The notes: generated by a model not told the origin, from the sequence alone. 64,000 nucleotides of DNA from Escherichia coli (GCF_013315695.1 NZ_CP054353.1); one strand, 5' to 3'. Positions 1-11,324 are shown, numbered from the stretch's first letter. A program made the numbers and translations.

Positions 1-826
1 CCGCGGAGAAGCCGATGAAGGAGCCGAAGGTTGCCAGATACAGCAGGCTCATAATCCACAGATGACCCCGTTTGAGTACCGGCAACTGCTCCTTGATGGA
101 GGCTTTCGAGGTAGCAAGATCGTTCATGCCAAACCACGCTGCAATGGTGAAGATGGCAAGGAACGGCACCCATACCCAGGACGCATTCGCCAGATACAGC
201 TCAGTCCCATCCGGCTGTTTGACACCCTGGCTACCAAATACTGCGAAAATCGACAGTGATACCACCAGCGGAGCAACCAACTGCATGACGCTGACGCCCA
301 TGTTGCCCAGACCACCATTCAGACCCAACGCGCCACCCTGCTTCTGTTTCGGAAAGAAGAAGCTGATGTTTGCCATACTGGATGCGAAGTTCGCGCCAGC
401 AAAGCCGCACAGCAGAGAGATGATGATGAAGACGCTATAAGGCGTGGAGGTATCCTGCACGGCAAAACCCAGCCAGACGCAAGGAATAATCAGAATACCG
501 GTGCTGAACGCCGTCCAGCGACGACCACCGAAGATAGGAACCATAAAGGAGTATGGAACACGTAATAACGCGCCAGAAACCGAAGGCAGCGCAGTCAACA
601 TAAATAGCTGATCGGTCGTAAAATTAAAACCGACTTTCGGTAAGTTCACCGCAACAGCGCTGAACAACATCCATACGCAAAACGCCAGCAGCAGACAGGG
701 AACGGAAATCCACAGGTTGCGGCTGGCAATACGTTGACCGCGTTGTTGCCAGAACGCAGGATCTTCCGGTCGCCAATCTGTAATGACAGCTCCAGTAGCC
801 CTTTCGGGGGCGGATGAGTGACTCAT
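1..826 (-). CDS. narK: Nitrate/nitrite transporter NarK, N-terminal ~275 codons; 3' end lies beyond window start
   Basis: Reverse-strand translation from ATG at 824-826 gives MSHSSAPERATGAVITDWRPEDPAFWQQRGQ..., an MFS transporter matching NarK; divergent from narX. Confidence 0.9.
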   Translation of the reverse strand, partial: MSHSSAPERATGAVITDWRPEDPAFWQQRGQRIASRNLWISVPCLLLAFCVWMLFSAVAVNLPKVGFNFTTDQLFMLTALPSVSGALLRVPYSFMVPIFGGRRWTAFSTGILIIPCVWLGFAVQDTSTPYSVFIIISLLCGFAGANFASSMANISFFFPKQKQGGALGLNGGLGNMGVSVMQLVAPLVVSLSIFAVFGSQGVKQPDGTELYLANASWVWVPFLAIFTIAAWFGMNDLATSKASIKEQLPVLKRGHLWIMSLLYLATFGSFIGFSA

Positions 827-885
827 AGACACCTCTGATACTCGTTTCGATGTCTGCCACCTTAGTGTCTGTAGCTAAAGGCAAT

Positions 886-899
886 TTGATGTAAATCAA
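886..899. promoter_or_regulatory. FNR-type site TTGAT-GTAA-ATCAA, perfect inverted repeat, in narK promoter
   Basis: Exact match to FNR consensus TTGAT-N4-ATCAA; centre ~66 bp upstream of narK start codon. Confidence 0.6.
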
Positions 900-923
900 A
901 CGATAAGATAACTTTATCTATCA

Positions 924-937
924 TTGATATTTATCAT
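924..937. promoter_or_regulatory. Second FNR-like site TTGAT-ATTT-ATCAT
   Basis: Near-consensus half sites; centre 38 bp from the first site, matching the spacing expected for two FNR sites at the narK promoter. Confidence 0.45.
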
Positions 938-1164
938 TACCCATAGTGAGTACAGTGATTTCATAAAAATTATGAGATTTTTCACGGTGCTGTAAAATCC
1001 CTCCCCTTACCGATGTAAAGCGACTAACCACGCGGCAAATAAGGAGTAACTCTTTCCGGGTATGGGTATACTTCAGCCAATAGCCGAGAATACTGCCATT
1101 CCAGAATGTATCGTCACATTCATTAAGGTTATTGCTCATTTAAAGCCTGAAGGAAGAGGTTTAC

Positions 1165-2961
1165 ATGCTTACACGTTGTCTCTCTCCGCTCACCCTGGTT
1201 AATCAGGTTGCGCTTATTGTGTTGCTTTCTACTGCTATTGGACTGGCAGGGATGGCAGTTTCTGGCTGGCTAGTGCAAGGAGTTCAGGGCAGCGCCCATG
1301 CGATCAACAAAGCGGGATCGCTGCGCATGCAAAGTTACCGTCTGTTGGCGGCAGTGCCATTAAGCGAGAAAGACAAGCCCTTAATTAAAGAAATGGAACA
1401 AACGGCATTTAGCGCCGAGTTGACTCGAGCAGCGGAACGAGACGGACAACTGGCGCAATTACAGGGTTTACAAGATTACTGGCGTAATGAACTGATCCCT
1501 GCGCTGATGCGTGCACAAAACCGCGAAACGGTGTCAGCGGATGTCAGCCAGTTTGTTGCCGGGCTTGATCAGCTGGTATCTGGTTTTGACCGCACCACGG
1601 AAATGCGCATTGAGACAGTGGTACTGGTCCATCGGGTAATGGCGGTATTTATGGCACTTTTACTGGTGTTCACTATTATCTGGTTGCGGGCGCGACTGCT
1701 ACAACCGTGGCGGCAACTGCTGGCAATGGCGAGTGCCGTCAGCCATCGCGATTTTACCCAACGCGCAAACATCAGCGGGCGCAACGAAATGGCGATGCTT
1801 GGAACTGCATTGAACAATATGTCTGCAGAACTGGCCGAAAGTTATGCCGTACTTGAGCAGCGGGTTCAGGAGAAAACTGCCGGGCTGGAGCATAAAAATC
1901 AGATCCTCTCTTTTTTATGGCAGGCTAACCGCCGTTTGCATTCCCGCGCCCCGCTGTGTGAACGCCTGTCACCGGTACTCAACGGCTTACAGAATTTAAC
2001 CCTGCTACGTGATATCGAACTGCGGGTGTATGACACTGATGATGAAGAGAATCATCAGGAGTTTACCTGCCAGCCAGATATGACTTGTGATGATAAAGGC
2101 TGCCAGCTCTGCCCGCGCGGCATATTACCCGTTGGCGATCGCGGCACAACCCTGAAGTGGCGGCTGGCTGACTCTCATACGCAGTACGGTATTTTGCTGG
2201 CGACCCTGCCGCAGGGGCGTCATCTTAGCCATGATCAACAACAACTGGTGGATACCCTGGTTGAACAACTCACCGCCACGCTGGCGCTGGATCGGCATCA
2301 GGAACGTCAGCAACAGTTGATCGTGATGGAAGAGCGTGCCACCATTGCGCGCGAACTGCATGATTCTATTGCCCAATCTCTCTCTTGCATGAAGATGCAG
2401 GTGAGTTGTTTACAGATGCAGGGCGATGCGCTGCCAGAAAGCAGCCGCGAACTGTTAAGTCAGATCCGTAACGAACTGAATGCATCCTGGGCGCAGTTGC
2501 GTGAATTGCTCACTACATTCCGCTTGCAGCTCACCGAGCCTGGATTACGTCCGGCGCTGGAGGCGAGTTGCGAAGAGTACAGCGCCAAATTTGGCTTCCC
2601 GGTGAAGCTGGATTATCAATTGCCGCCTCGTCTGGTGCCTTCGCATCAGGCAATCCACTTGTTGCAAATTGCCCGTGAGGCATTAAGTAACGCCCTCAAA
2701 CATTCGCAAGCGAGTGAGGTCGTGGTGACGGTGGCGCAAAACGATAATCAGGTCAAACTGACCGTCCAGGATAACGGCTGCGGCGTGCCTGAAAATGCCA
2801 TCCGCAGCAATCACTACGGCATGATAATAATGCGCGACCGTGCGCAAAGTTTACGAGGCGATTGCCGCGTCCGCCGTCGTGAATCAGGTGGCACCGAAGT
2901 GGTTGTCACCTTTATTCCCGAAAAAACTTTCACAGACGTCCAAGGAGATACCCATGAGTAA
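1165..2961 (+). CDS. narX: Nitrate/nitrite sensor histidine kinase NarX
   Basis: 598-aa ORF with N-terminal transmembrane segments, HAMP region and histidine kinase domain; stop overlaps narL start. Confidence 0.95.
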
Positions 2962-3604
2962 TCAGGAACCGGCTACTATCCTGCTGATCGACGATCACCC
3001 GATGCTGCGAACTGGCGTAAAACAGCTTATCAGTATGGCACCAGATATCACCGTGGTTGGCGAAGCGAGTAATGGCGAACAGGGTATTGAACTGGCGGAA
3101 TCTCTTGATCCCGATCTGATCCTGTTAGATCTCAATATGCCCGGCATGAATGGTCTGGAAACGCTGGATAAACTCCGCGAAAAGTCCCTCTCAGGGCGCA
3201 TTGTGGTATTCAGCGTCTCTAACCATGAAGAAGATGTGGTCACCGCACTGAAACGCGGCGCGGATGGCTATCTGTTAAAAGATATGGAACCGGAAGATCT
3301 GCTGAAAGCGTTACATCAGGCAGCTGCTGGCGAAATGGTATTAAGCGAAGCATTAACGCCTGTTCTGGCCGCCAGCTTGCGCGCAAACCGTGCCACTACT
3401 GAGCGCGACGTTAACCAGTTAACCCCACGCGAGCGCGATATTCTCAAGCTGATTGCCCAGGGTTTGCCGAACAAGATGATTGCCCGCCGCCTGGATATCA
3501 CCGAAAGCACAGTAAAAGTGCACGTCAAGCACATGCTGAAGAAAATGAAGCTCAAGTCTCGCGTGGAAGCTGCGGTATGGGTGCATCAGGAGCGCATTTT
3601 CTGA
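2954..3604 (+). CDS. narL: Nitrate/nitrite response regulator NarL
   Basis: 216 aa from ATG 2954, [25 protein letters not shown], receiver plus LuxR-type HTH; the longer track ORF from 2840 is rejected. Confidence 0.95.
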
Positions 3605-4999
3605 TTACGGTTCCCAGCGCAGTTCGTCGTTTGACAATGCGTCGAACGGTTCGACAAGCGTTAGCGTGATCTCATTGGAGGAGACACGCTGCCCCTGGTT
3701 ATCTTCCACCACCACCGACAATCGCCAGTGATTGCTCGCCCCTTCCCTGTTCTGCCAGTCAGGCATGATCAGCGTCCAGCCCTCCACGCTGTTGGCTTGT
3801 GCGCCCGGCGTCAAACTTAATATCTGCGTATCGCCCTGCCAAATCAGTTGCCGAATACCGTAACGACTGCGGATTTGTAATTTCAGCGGCACTGTTTCGC
3901 CTGGTTTTAGATCCCACGGCGGTGTCGCCAGAAACACCGTTAAGGTTTTTCGCTGTCGGTACTCAAGAGTCGGAAGATTATTTCGCTGCGGATTGTCATA
4001 GCGACTACCACGTAACGACTGACTTTCGGCAACTTCGCCCGCAGAAAGTTGTTTTTTGAGCGGTACACCAAAGCGGTAGTTAAGATTCAGCCCGAGGTTA
4101 TTTTGATTCTCGCCACTTTCACCCTGTTTATGCTGAGCCGTCACAGTGACTAATGGCACTGGGGTATAATTTAATCCCAGACTCAACGCGACGGGATTGT
4201 GATAACCCGTACCAGAGTTAAATAAATCAACACGATCACCAAAATACTGTTCTACGCTGACACTGGTATTGAGGTGTTGATAGAACGGCATGCGCATTCG
4301 GGCTGTCAGGTCGTACCCGCGCGCCATCCGTTGTTCCTGCGTGGCTGTCTGTTCATGCCATGCAGCAAACGGCTGATAAAAGTTTGCCGATAGTCGCAAA
4401 TATTCGCCCCACGCTTCGGCACCGAAGCCCGCTCGCTGAAGATTTTCGTCCAGCAAGTTGTCATAAAAAGTGTTATAACCCACCAGCCAGCTGCCGCGCG
4501 CCCAGCGTTGCCCAACGCCCACATTGCTCACCAGCCCATCATCCTGCTGAGTAAGACCAAGCTGGCTCCAGGTGAGATAACGATCATTATCTTGTAACGG
4601 CACAAACCAGCTTCCACGACTGCCGGTGAAATGTCCTTCGTTACCCACTTTGACGTCAACACTGGCATTTCCCCACGGTGATAGCCAGGACTCTACGTGC
4701 TGATTAACCTGTTGACTAAGCGCGTCGCGGACTTTTCCCAATGCGAAAGCTTTTGCCTGCTCGCCAGTATCCAGCCCGTTATCATTCATACTGGTTTCGC
4801 CGAAATCTTTCACAATTTCAGCAAAGTGTTTTTCCCCATCATGATTTTCGGGTGCCATGCCTAAATCCGGCAGACCATCATTGTTATTATCAAAGGGATT
4901 CGCCGCTTTTTGCTCGAAGGTAGATTGTGCGTTAGCTGTACCGCCTGCCGCCAGCAAGAGTAAATAAAGCGGAATAATGCGAGGAACGAAACGGCTCAA
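3605..4999 (-). CDS. ychO: Invasin/intimin-like outer membrane protein YchO
   Basis: 464-aa ORF with signal peptide (LLLLAAGGTANA) and inverse-autotransporter-like beta-rich body; convergent with narL. Confidence 0.85.
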   Translation of the reverse strand: MSRFVPRIIPLYLLLLAAGGTANAQSTFEQKAANPFDNNNDGLPDLGMAPENHDGEKHFAEIVKDFGETSMNDNGLDTGEQAKAFALGKVRDALSQQVNQHVESWLSPWGNASVDVKVGNEGHFTGSRGSWFVPLQDNDRYLTWSQLGLTQQDDGLVSNVGVGQRWARGSWLVGYNTFYDNLLDENLQRAGFGAEAWGEYLRLSANFYQPFAAWHEQTATQEQRMARGYDLTARMRMPFYQHLNTSVSVEQYFGDRVDLFNSGTGYHNPVALSLGLNYTPVPLVTVTAQHKQGESGENQNNLGLNLNYRFGVPLKKQLSAGEVAESQSLRGSRYDNPQRNNLPTLEYRQRKTLTVFLATPPWDLKPGETVPLKLQIRSRYGIRQLIWQGDTQILSLTPGAQANSVEGWTLIMPDWQNREGASNHWRLSVVVEDNQGQRVSSNEITLTLVEPFDALSNDELRWEP

Positions 5000-5008
5000 A
5001 ACGTCGGT

Positions 5009-5061
<53 letters not shown>

Positions 5062-5062
5062 A

Positions 5063-5166
<104 letters not shown>

Positions 5167-5183
5167 GAATACAGGAGTAAATA

Positions 5184-5537
5184 ATGCAAAAAATCGTGAT
5201 CGTTGCCAATGGCGCACCTTACGGGAGCGAATCCTTGTTTAACAGCTTGCGGCTGGCCATTGCGTTACGAGAGCAGGAGAGCAATCTGGATCTGCGTCTG
5301 TTCCTGATGTCTGATGCGGTCACAGCCGGGTTGCGCGGGCAAAAACCAGGGGAAGGCTACAACATTCAGCAAATGCTGGAGATCCTTACCGCTCAGAATG
5401 TACCGGTGAAATTGTGCAAAACCTGTACTGACGGACGCGGGATTAGCACACTTCCTCTGATTGATGGGGTGGAAATCGGTACTCTTGTGGAACTGGCGCA
5501 ATGGACACTGTCAGCCGATAAAGTGCTCACATTTTAA
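5184..5537 (+). CDS. ychN: DsrE/DsrF-like family protein YchN
   Basis: 117-aa ORF MQKIVIVANGAPYGSE...; RBS caggag 8 nt upstream. Confidence 0.9.
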   Translation: MQKIVIVANGAPYGSESLFNSLRLAIALREQESNLDLRLFLMSDAVTAGLRGQKPGEGYNIQQMLEILTAQNVPVKLCKTCTDGRGISTLPLIDGVEIGTLVELAQWTLSADKVLTF

Positions 5538-5580
5538 TGTTTGAGGGGGCGTCTGACGCCCCACTATGCGAAAAGTTTAC

Positions 5581-6276
5581 TCAGGCGAATCCCGGCCGTA
5601 ACACAGCATCCGGATAATTCTCCGCCAGCAGTTTTTTTACCGATACCAGCAAATCATTCAGCCCATCGTCCTGCATTCCCAGTTTGATAAGCTCCTGTTC
5701 CAGTGAAAACAGGTATTGTGCATTGGTTCCCAGCGGACCGCTCGCCGCCGCAATCAACGGCGCGATGACCTGAGCACGAGTGTCAGATTCATATTCTGGA
5801 TGTCGCGGGTCCATAATAAACACAATGGCGTTTACTGTGCGTCCATCATCAAGATCAAGCTGACACCAGGTTGGCAGATAACAGCCGGTAATCATCTCAC
5901 GCTTCCACAGCAGGGTTAGTTCCTGCTCCAGCGTCTCTTCTGGCAGTCGATAGGCGACGCCTGTGGTGCGTCCGCCCTCTTTCAGTGCAAGCATTCGTCC
6001 CGGCTGGTGCGCAGTCCCGCGCCCGGCGGTCAGACGCAGGCAAAACGCGCGATGCCATCCAACCAGTGTACCGGTGCACGACTCGGTAAACTCCAGTGCC
6101 GGATTCCACATCAACGATCCATAACCGAAGATCCACACCGGTCCCTCATCAGGTCGACAAGCCAGCGTCGCCGCCAGCGAAGCCGCCCGTTGTTCTGCTG
6201 ACCATAAGAGTGATTCTTCAATGGCACCAAATGCCGTTTTACAATCGGCATTCATCAAGAAATCACGCGTTATCAC
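5581..6276 (-). CDS. chaC: Glutathione-specific gamma-glutamylcyclotransferase ChaC (GTG start inferred)
   Basis: ChaC-family sequence (WIFGYGSLMWNP); 231-aa product if started at GTG 6274-6276, the track ORF extends further upstream. Confidence 0.85.
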   Translation of the reverse strand: MITRDFLMNADCKTAFGAIEESLLWSAEQRAASLAATLACRPDEGPVWIFGYGSLMWNPALEFTESCTGTLVGWHRAFCLRLTAGRGTAHQPGRMLALKEGGRTTGVAYRLPEETLEQELTLLWKREMITGCYLPTWCQLDLDDGRTVNAIVFIMDPRHPEYESDTRAQVIAPLIAAASGPLGTNAQYLFSLEQELIKLGMQDDGLNDLLVSVKKLLAENYPDAVLRPGFA

Positions 6277-6433
6277 CTTACACCTCCGCCACTGCATACT
6301 TCCCTGCGACAACTTTTTGGTGTCTTCCGGACATTTTTACTGCTCATTTTGAAACCACTAACGGGACAATATGCAATCCACGGACCACTTGCAAGGCAAC
6401 ACCGCACGAATAGCTTTAACTAAGCTACCGGTT

Positions 6434-6664
6434 TTACGATTTTTTATGCCATTTATCATCATCCCCTTTGGCATATTCATGCTTCACAGCAGCCCAGGCC
6501 ACTTTATGCGCGGTTTCTTCGCGACTGGCGTCATCACGCCGATCTTCTTTATCTTTATATTGATCCCATGCGCTGTTGAACGCTTCTTTATAGATATCCT
6601 GGGCATGAGACGGAAGCACGTGCTTTACGCTTTCCGGCAGATCGCTTTTCGTTTTATACGGCAT
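6434..6664 (-). CDS. chaB: Cation transport regulator ChaB
   Basis: 76-aa ORF MPYKTKSDLPESVKHVLPSHAQDIYKEAFNSAW... Confidence 0.9.
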   Translation of the reverse strand: MPYKTKSDLPESVKHVLPSHAQDIYKEAFNSAWDQYKDKEDRRDDASREETAHKVAWAAVKHEYAKGDDDKWHKKS

Positions 6665-6933
6665 CGTTGACTCCTTTTACAAAGTTGAACATTAAGTGTG
6701 GTCAACAACATCTACTCTTGCCAAAACATAAGAATTTTCATGTCAGACTCTTCTTAAGAAGTGCTAAAACAAACATTGTCTAAACGCATTGCTTATTTTT
6801 ATGGCCCGATGAGTAAAAAATCGACAGCGGGGTAAAAATTCGTAAAATGTTACCGATATCCAGACACTTTCTGTTATTTTTCCTACCTATTTTTTACATT
6901 TTCGATAAATTCATCTGCAAAGGGATAACCATA

Positions 6934-8034
6934 ATGTCAAATGCTCAAGAGGCGGTAAAAACCCGCCACAAGGAGACTTCGCTTATTTTCCCGGTTCTGG
7001 CGCTGGTAGTGCTGTTCCTGTGGGGAAGCAGCCAGACACTACCAGTGGTCATTGCCATCAATCTTCTTGCTCTAATTGGTATTTTAAGTAGCGCCTTTAG
7101 TGTTGTCCGTCATGCGGACGTATTAGCCCATCGCCTGGGAGAACCTTACGGTTCGCTTATTCTTAGCCTTTCAGTGGTTATTCTTGAAGTCAGTTTGATT
7201 TCAGCTTTAATGGCAACCGGCGACGCCGCGCCAACGCTAATGCGTGATACGCTCTATTCAATCATTATGATTGTTACCGGTGGGCTGGTTGGCTTTTCAT
7301 TATTGTTGGGCGGACGCAAGTTTGCCACCCAATATATGAATCTGTTTGGTATCAAGCAGTATTTAATTGCGCTGTTCCCCCTGGCGATAATCGTACTGGT
7401 ATTTCCAATGGCTCTGCCTGCGGCGAATTTTTCAACCGGTCAGGCGTTACTGGTAGCATTAATTTCTGCGGCAATGTATGGCGTATTTTTGCTGATCCAG
7501 ACCAAAACGCATCAAAGTTTGTTTGTCTACGAGCACGAAGATGACAGTGATGATGACGACCCGCACCACGGTAAACCGTCTGCCCATAGCAGCCTGTGGC
7601 ATGCTATCTGGTTGATTATCCATCTGATTGCCGTTATTGCAGTCACCAAAATGAACGCCAGCCCGCTGGAGACATTGCTCGACAGCATGAATGCCCCTGT
7701 CGCCTTTACTGGCTTCCTGGTGGCTCTGTTGATTCTGTCGCCGGAAGGTTTAGGTGCGTTAAAAGCAGTGTTGAACAACCAGGTCCAGCGCGCGATGAAT
7801 CTGTTCTTTGGTTCAGTGTTAGCAACCATTTCGCTTACCGTACCTGTCGTCACGCTAATTGCCTTTATGACGGGTAACGAATTGCAGTTTGCACTTGGTG
7901 CGCCAGAAATGGTGGTGATGGTGGCCTCTTTAGTGCTGTGCCATATCTCCTTCTCCACCGGACGTACTAACGTGCTCAATGGCGCAGCGCATCTGGCACT
8001 GTTTGCCGCCTATTTGATGACGATATTTGCCTGA
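6934..8034 (+). CDS. chaA: Ca2+/H+ (Na+/H+) antiporter ChaA
   Basis: 366 aa from ATG 6934 (MSNAQEAVKTRH...), polytopic membrane protein with acidic loop EDDSDDDDPHH; upstream extension in track rejected. Confidence 0.9.
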   Translation: MSNAQEAVKTRHKETSLIFPVLALVVLFLWGSSQTLPVVIAINLLALIGILSSAFSVVRHADVLAHRLGEPYGSLILSLSVVILEVSLISALMATGDAAPTLMRDTLYSIIMIVTGGLVGFSLLLGGRKFATQYMNLFGIKQYLIALFPLAIIVLVFPMALPAANFSTGQALLVALISAAMYGVFLLIQTKTHQSLFVYEHEDDSDDDDPHHGKPSAHSSLWHAIWLIIHLIAVIAVTKMNASPLETLLDSMNAPVAFTGFLVALLILSPEGLGALKAVLNNQVQRAMNLFFGSVLATISLTVPVVTLIAFMTGNELQFALGAPEMVVMVASLVLCHISFSTGRTNVLNGAAHLALFAAYLMTIFA

Positions 8035-8324
8035 CAGTTATATCTCCTCCGATGACGAAAATCGGGGGAGATAATATAAATTCCTGCTTATTGTATTTCT
8101 TCATACTACCTGAACAGGTCGTTAATCAGAATTGCGAGCCTGTACCAGAACCTGCACGAAACCACTGCAACAGCTGTTGAAAAGCCGGAATGTACTCTTT
8201 ATTGCAAACATTTCAGGGATGAAGTGAAGATGAATTGAGACGTAGTATCCACACCAAGCCGGCGTTATCCGGTGAGGCGCAATGTTGCGGGGGCTTTATC
8301 CCTGGTGGCATTGGTTGCTGGAAA

Positions 8325-8390
8325 GAGAAAACCCCCGCACGTTGAGAGGTACAACCTGACAACAGAACGGGGGCTAATCTTGAACCACAA
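8325..8390 (-). ncRNA. rdl: Putative Rdl antisense RNA (type I antitoxin), copy 1
   Basis: Minus-strand sigma70-like promoter (TTGTAA-17-TATTCT) followed ~66 nt later by CCCCCG/CGGGGG hairpin plus U-run; lies antisense to the ldr 5' leader. Ends approximate. Confidence 0.5.
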
Positions 8391-8438
8391 CAATTCAAGA
8401 ATAGCCGCAAAATGTTGTCCTTACAACAAGGCGGCTAT

Positions 8439-8546
8439 ATGACGCTCGCGCAGTTTGCCATGATTTTCTGGCACGATCTGGCAGCACCGATCCTGGCGGG
8501 AATTATTACCGCAGTGATTGTCAGCTGGTGGCGTAACCGGAAGTAA
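8439..8546 (+). CDS. ldr: Ldr type I toxin peptide (35 aa), copy 1
   Basis: Translates to MTLAQFAMIFWHDLAAPILAGIITAVIVSWWRNRK, matching the Ldr toxin family; too short for the ORF track. Confidence 0.85.
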   Translation: MTLAQFAMIFWHDLAAPILAGIITAVIVSWWRNRK

Positions 8547-8593
8547 GGTGAAAACGGGCGTCAGGCTGCCGTGATGGCAATATGCGCCCGAAA

Positions 8594-8633
8594 CCGGCCG
8601 CAGGGGTAACAGCCTGCGGCCCTTTTTGTCTTT
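8594..8633 (+). terminator. Intrinsic terminator of ldr copy 1
   Basis: GC stem CCGGCCGCAGG/CCTGCGGCC followed by CTTTTTGTCTTT. Confidence 0.7.
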
Positions 8634-8859
8634 ATCTCTTCTGCAAGTAAATATTGGCAACCCGAGCTGGAAGCATCATCCAGAGCACTCATGAAACGAC
8701 TGTAACAGCTGTTGAAAAACCGGAATGCACTCTTCATTGCAAACATTTCAGGGATGAAGTGAAGATGAATTGAGACGTAGTATCCACACCAAGCCGGCGT
8801 TATCCGGTGAGGCGCAATGTTGCGGGGGCTTTATCCCTGGTGGCATTGGTTGCTGGAAA

Positions 8860-8925
8860 GAGAAAACCCCCGCACGTTGAGAGGTACAACCTGACAACAG
8901 AACGGGGGCTAATCTTGAACCACAA
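8860..8925 (-). ncRNA. rdl: Putative Rdl antisense RNA, copy 2
   Basis: Same promoter/terminator architecture as copy 1 at +535 bp. Confidence 0.5.
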
Positions 8926-8973
8926 CAATTCAAGAATAGCCGCAAAATGTTGTCCTTACAACAAGGCGGCTAT

Positions 8974-9081
8974 ATGACGCTCGCGCAGTTTGCCATGATT
9001 TTCTGGCACGATCTGGCAGCACCGATCCTGGCGGGAATTATTACCGCAGTGATTGTCAGCTGGTGGCGTAACCGGAAGTAA
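8974..9081 (+). CDS. ldr: Ldr type I toxin peptide (35 aa), copy 2
   Basis: Identical 35-aa ORF to copy 1. Confidence 0.85.
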   Translation: MTLAQFAMIFWHDLAAPILAGIITAVIVSWWRNRK

Positions 9082-9128
9082 GGTGAAAACGGGCGTCAGG
9101 CTGCCGTGATGGCAATATGCGCCCGAAA

Positions 9129-9163
9129 CCGGCCGCAGGGGTAATAGCCTGCGGCCTTTTTTG
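9129..9163 (+). terminator. Intrinsic terminator of ldr copy 2
   Basis: Same GC hairpin plus T-run as copy 1. Confidence 0.7.
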
Positions 9164-9228
9164 TATCCGGCCCCATGAAAAAAGTCTTAACGCAGAACGC
9201 TAAGACTTTATTTTTCAAGCAAAAAAGA

Positions 9229-10092
<864 letters not shown>

Positions 10093-10118
10093 TTAATCTT
10101 GAGTAAAATGTCGATTAA

Positions 10119-10928
10119 TTAATGCAGCACAATATGTTTATGCGCGATGTTATTTATTTGCGCACGGATCATTTCGCTGATCGGGTCTTCCGGACACTGT
10201 TCAACGAAATAACTTAAATCGTTCAACGCAACGTGTTCGCAATCCAGTTGCGCATAAATCAACCCGCGATCGCGAATTTCATAGGGATCTTCCGGGTTGA
10301 ATTGTAATAAAGCTTCGCTGGTGCGTAACGCCAGCTCCATCTGATTTTCTTCCATCAACGAAGCTTTGAGTGTATCCAGCAATTTGCGGATTACCTCAAT
10401 GTTATCAGCTTCATCAAGGTCTTCATAAAACAGTTCCGCCGACGGGCTGATATTTCCCTTTAACCACACATCCAGCATATGTTCGCTTAACGATTCACCG
10501 TTAAAAGGATTAATCAGCCAAATTTCGCCATCCGGACATTCAATGCGCAATATCAGCTGCGTAGGGAAAATCACCGGCAGCAGCGGCAAATCGAGACGAT
10601 TCGCGACCCATAATAAAACCGCACCTAATGATACCGCACTGCCCTGTCGATTCTTTAACACCTGGTCCAGCCATAATGCATCGGAAAGACGATAAACGCC
10701 GCGTGAGGCTTTAAATCCCCAGTCGCCGTAAAACAGCGCGATCAGTTTTTCCAGCTGCTCTTCTAAAGGCAGAAGCTGGCTGATTTCTTCCTTAGCCAGA
10801 CTAACGAGACGCTCCAGTTCGTCGTAAACATCTTGCGAGGGAAAATCGCGGCGGATTGCTTCGCAAGCCAGGATCATGCCTTCGCACAATGGCGCTTTAT
10901 TAAATTCGAAATCAGCTAACGATCTCAT
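10119..10928 (-). CDS. sirB1: SirB1/YchA family protein
   Basis: 269-aa ORF in conserved hemA-prfA-prmC-sirB2-sirB1-kdsA operon context. Confidence 0.85.
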   Translation of the reverse strand: MRSLADFEFNKAPLCEGMILACEAIRRDFPSQDVYDELERLVSLAKEEISQLLPLEEQLEKLIALFYGDWGFKASRGVYRLSDALWLDQVLKNRQGSAVSLGAVLLWVANRLDLPLLPVIFPTQLILRIECPDGEIWLINPFNGESLSEHMLDVWLKGNISPSAELFYEDLDEADNIEVIRKLLDTLKASLMEENQMELALRTSEALLQFNPEDPYEIRDRGLIYAQLDCEHVALNDLSYFVEQCPEDPISEMIRAQINNIAHKHIVLH

Positions 10929-10931
10929 GAC

Positions 10932-11324
10932 TTACCCCAGTAACGGTACTTTTGTGGTGGCGAGTTTAATGATGATGTACAGCACCACCAACGCCAGCGG
11001 GAAGGCAATAATGCGCGCCTGCTGACTGTGCATACGACGATAATCGAGTGCAATAAAACCCAAAACGATATAAATGATAACTCCAAACAGCTTTTCAGTC
11101 AGCCACTGTGCCTGCCCGGAAAATGGCAGGATGTGCGCTTTAGCCATCAACGCAATGCCGCTTAACAATAACACCGTATCGACAACCGGCGGCACAATGC
11201 GCGTCCAACGAGCAAATGCCTGTGGATGCTTCTGATAACGTAGCCAGAAACGTAAGGTTAATAGCCCTACAGAAAGCGCAATGCTAATGAGATGAACGCT
11301 AAGCAGTGTAGAAAAACTTGTCAT
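10932..11324 (-). CDS. sirB2: SirB2/YchQ inner membrane protein
   Basis: 130-aa hydrophobic ORF between prmC and sirB1. Confidence 0.85.
   Translation of the reverse strand: MTSFSTLLSVHLISIALSVGLLTLRFWLRYQKHPQAFARWTRIVPPVVDTVLLLSGIALMAKAHILPFSGQAQWLTEKLFGVIIYIVLGFIALDYRRMHSQQARIIAFPLALVVLYIIIKLATTKVPLLG

Larger units (their letters stand above)
8161..8640 (+). repeat. Long direct repeat (LDR) unit, copy 1
   Basis: ~480-bp segment repeated at +535 bp with only a few mismatches; contains ldr ORF, antisense rdl candidate and terminator. Confidence 0.85.
8696..9165 (+). repeat. Long direct repeat (LDR) unit, copy 2
   Basis: Near-identical to copy 1, offset 535 bp. Confidence 0.85.

Noticed and set aside
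72-440. 122-aa plus-strand ORF
   Set aside because: Antisense to the well-supported narK coding sequence.
624-899. 91-aa minus-strand ORF
   Set aside because: Out of frame with and overlapping the narK 5' coding region and promoter; narK's real start is the ATG at 824-826.
8213-8410. 65-aa minus-strand ORF duplicated at 8748-8945
   Set aside because: Lies within the ldr 5' leader and overlaps the proposed rdl RNA; Cys/Pro-rich low-complexity translation with no RBS. Its duplication merely reflects the LDR repeat.
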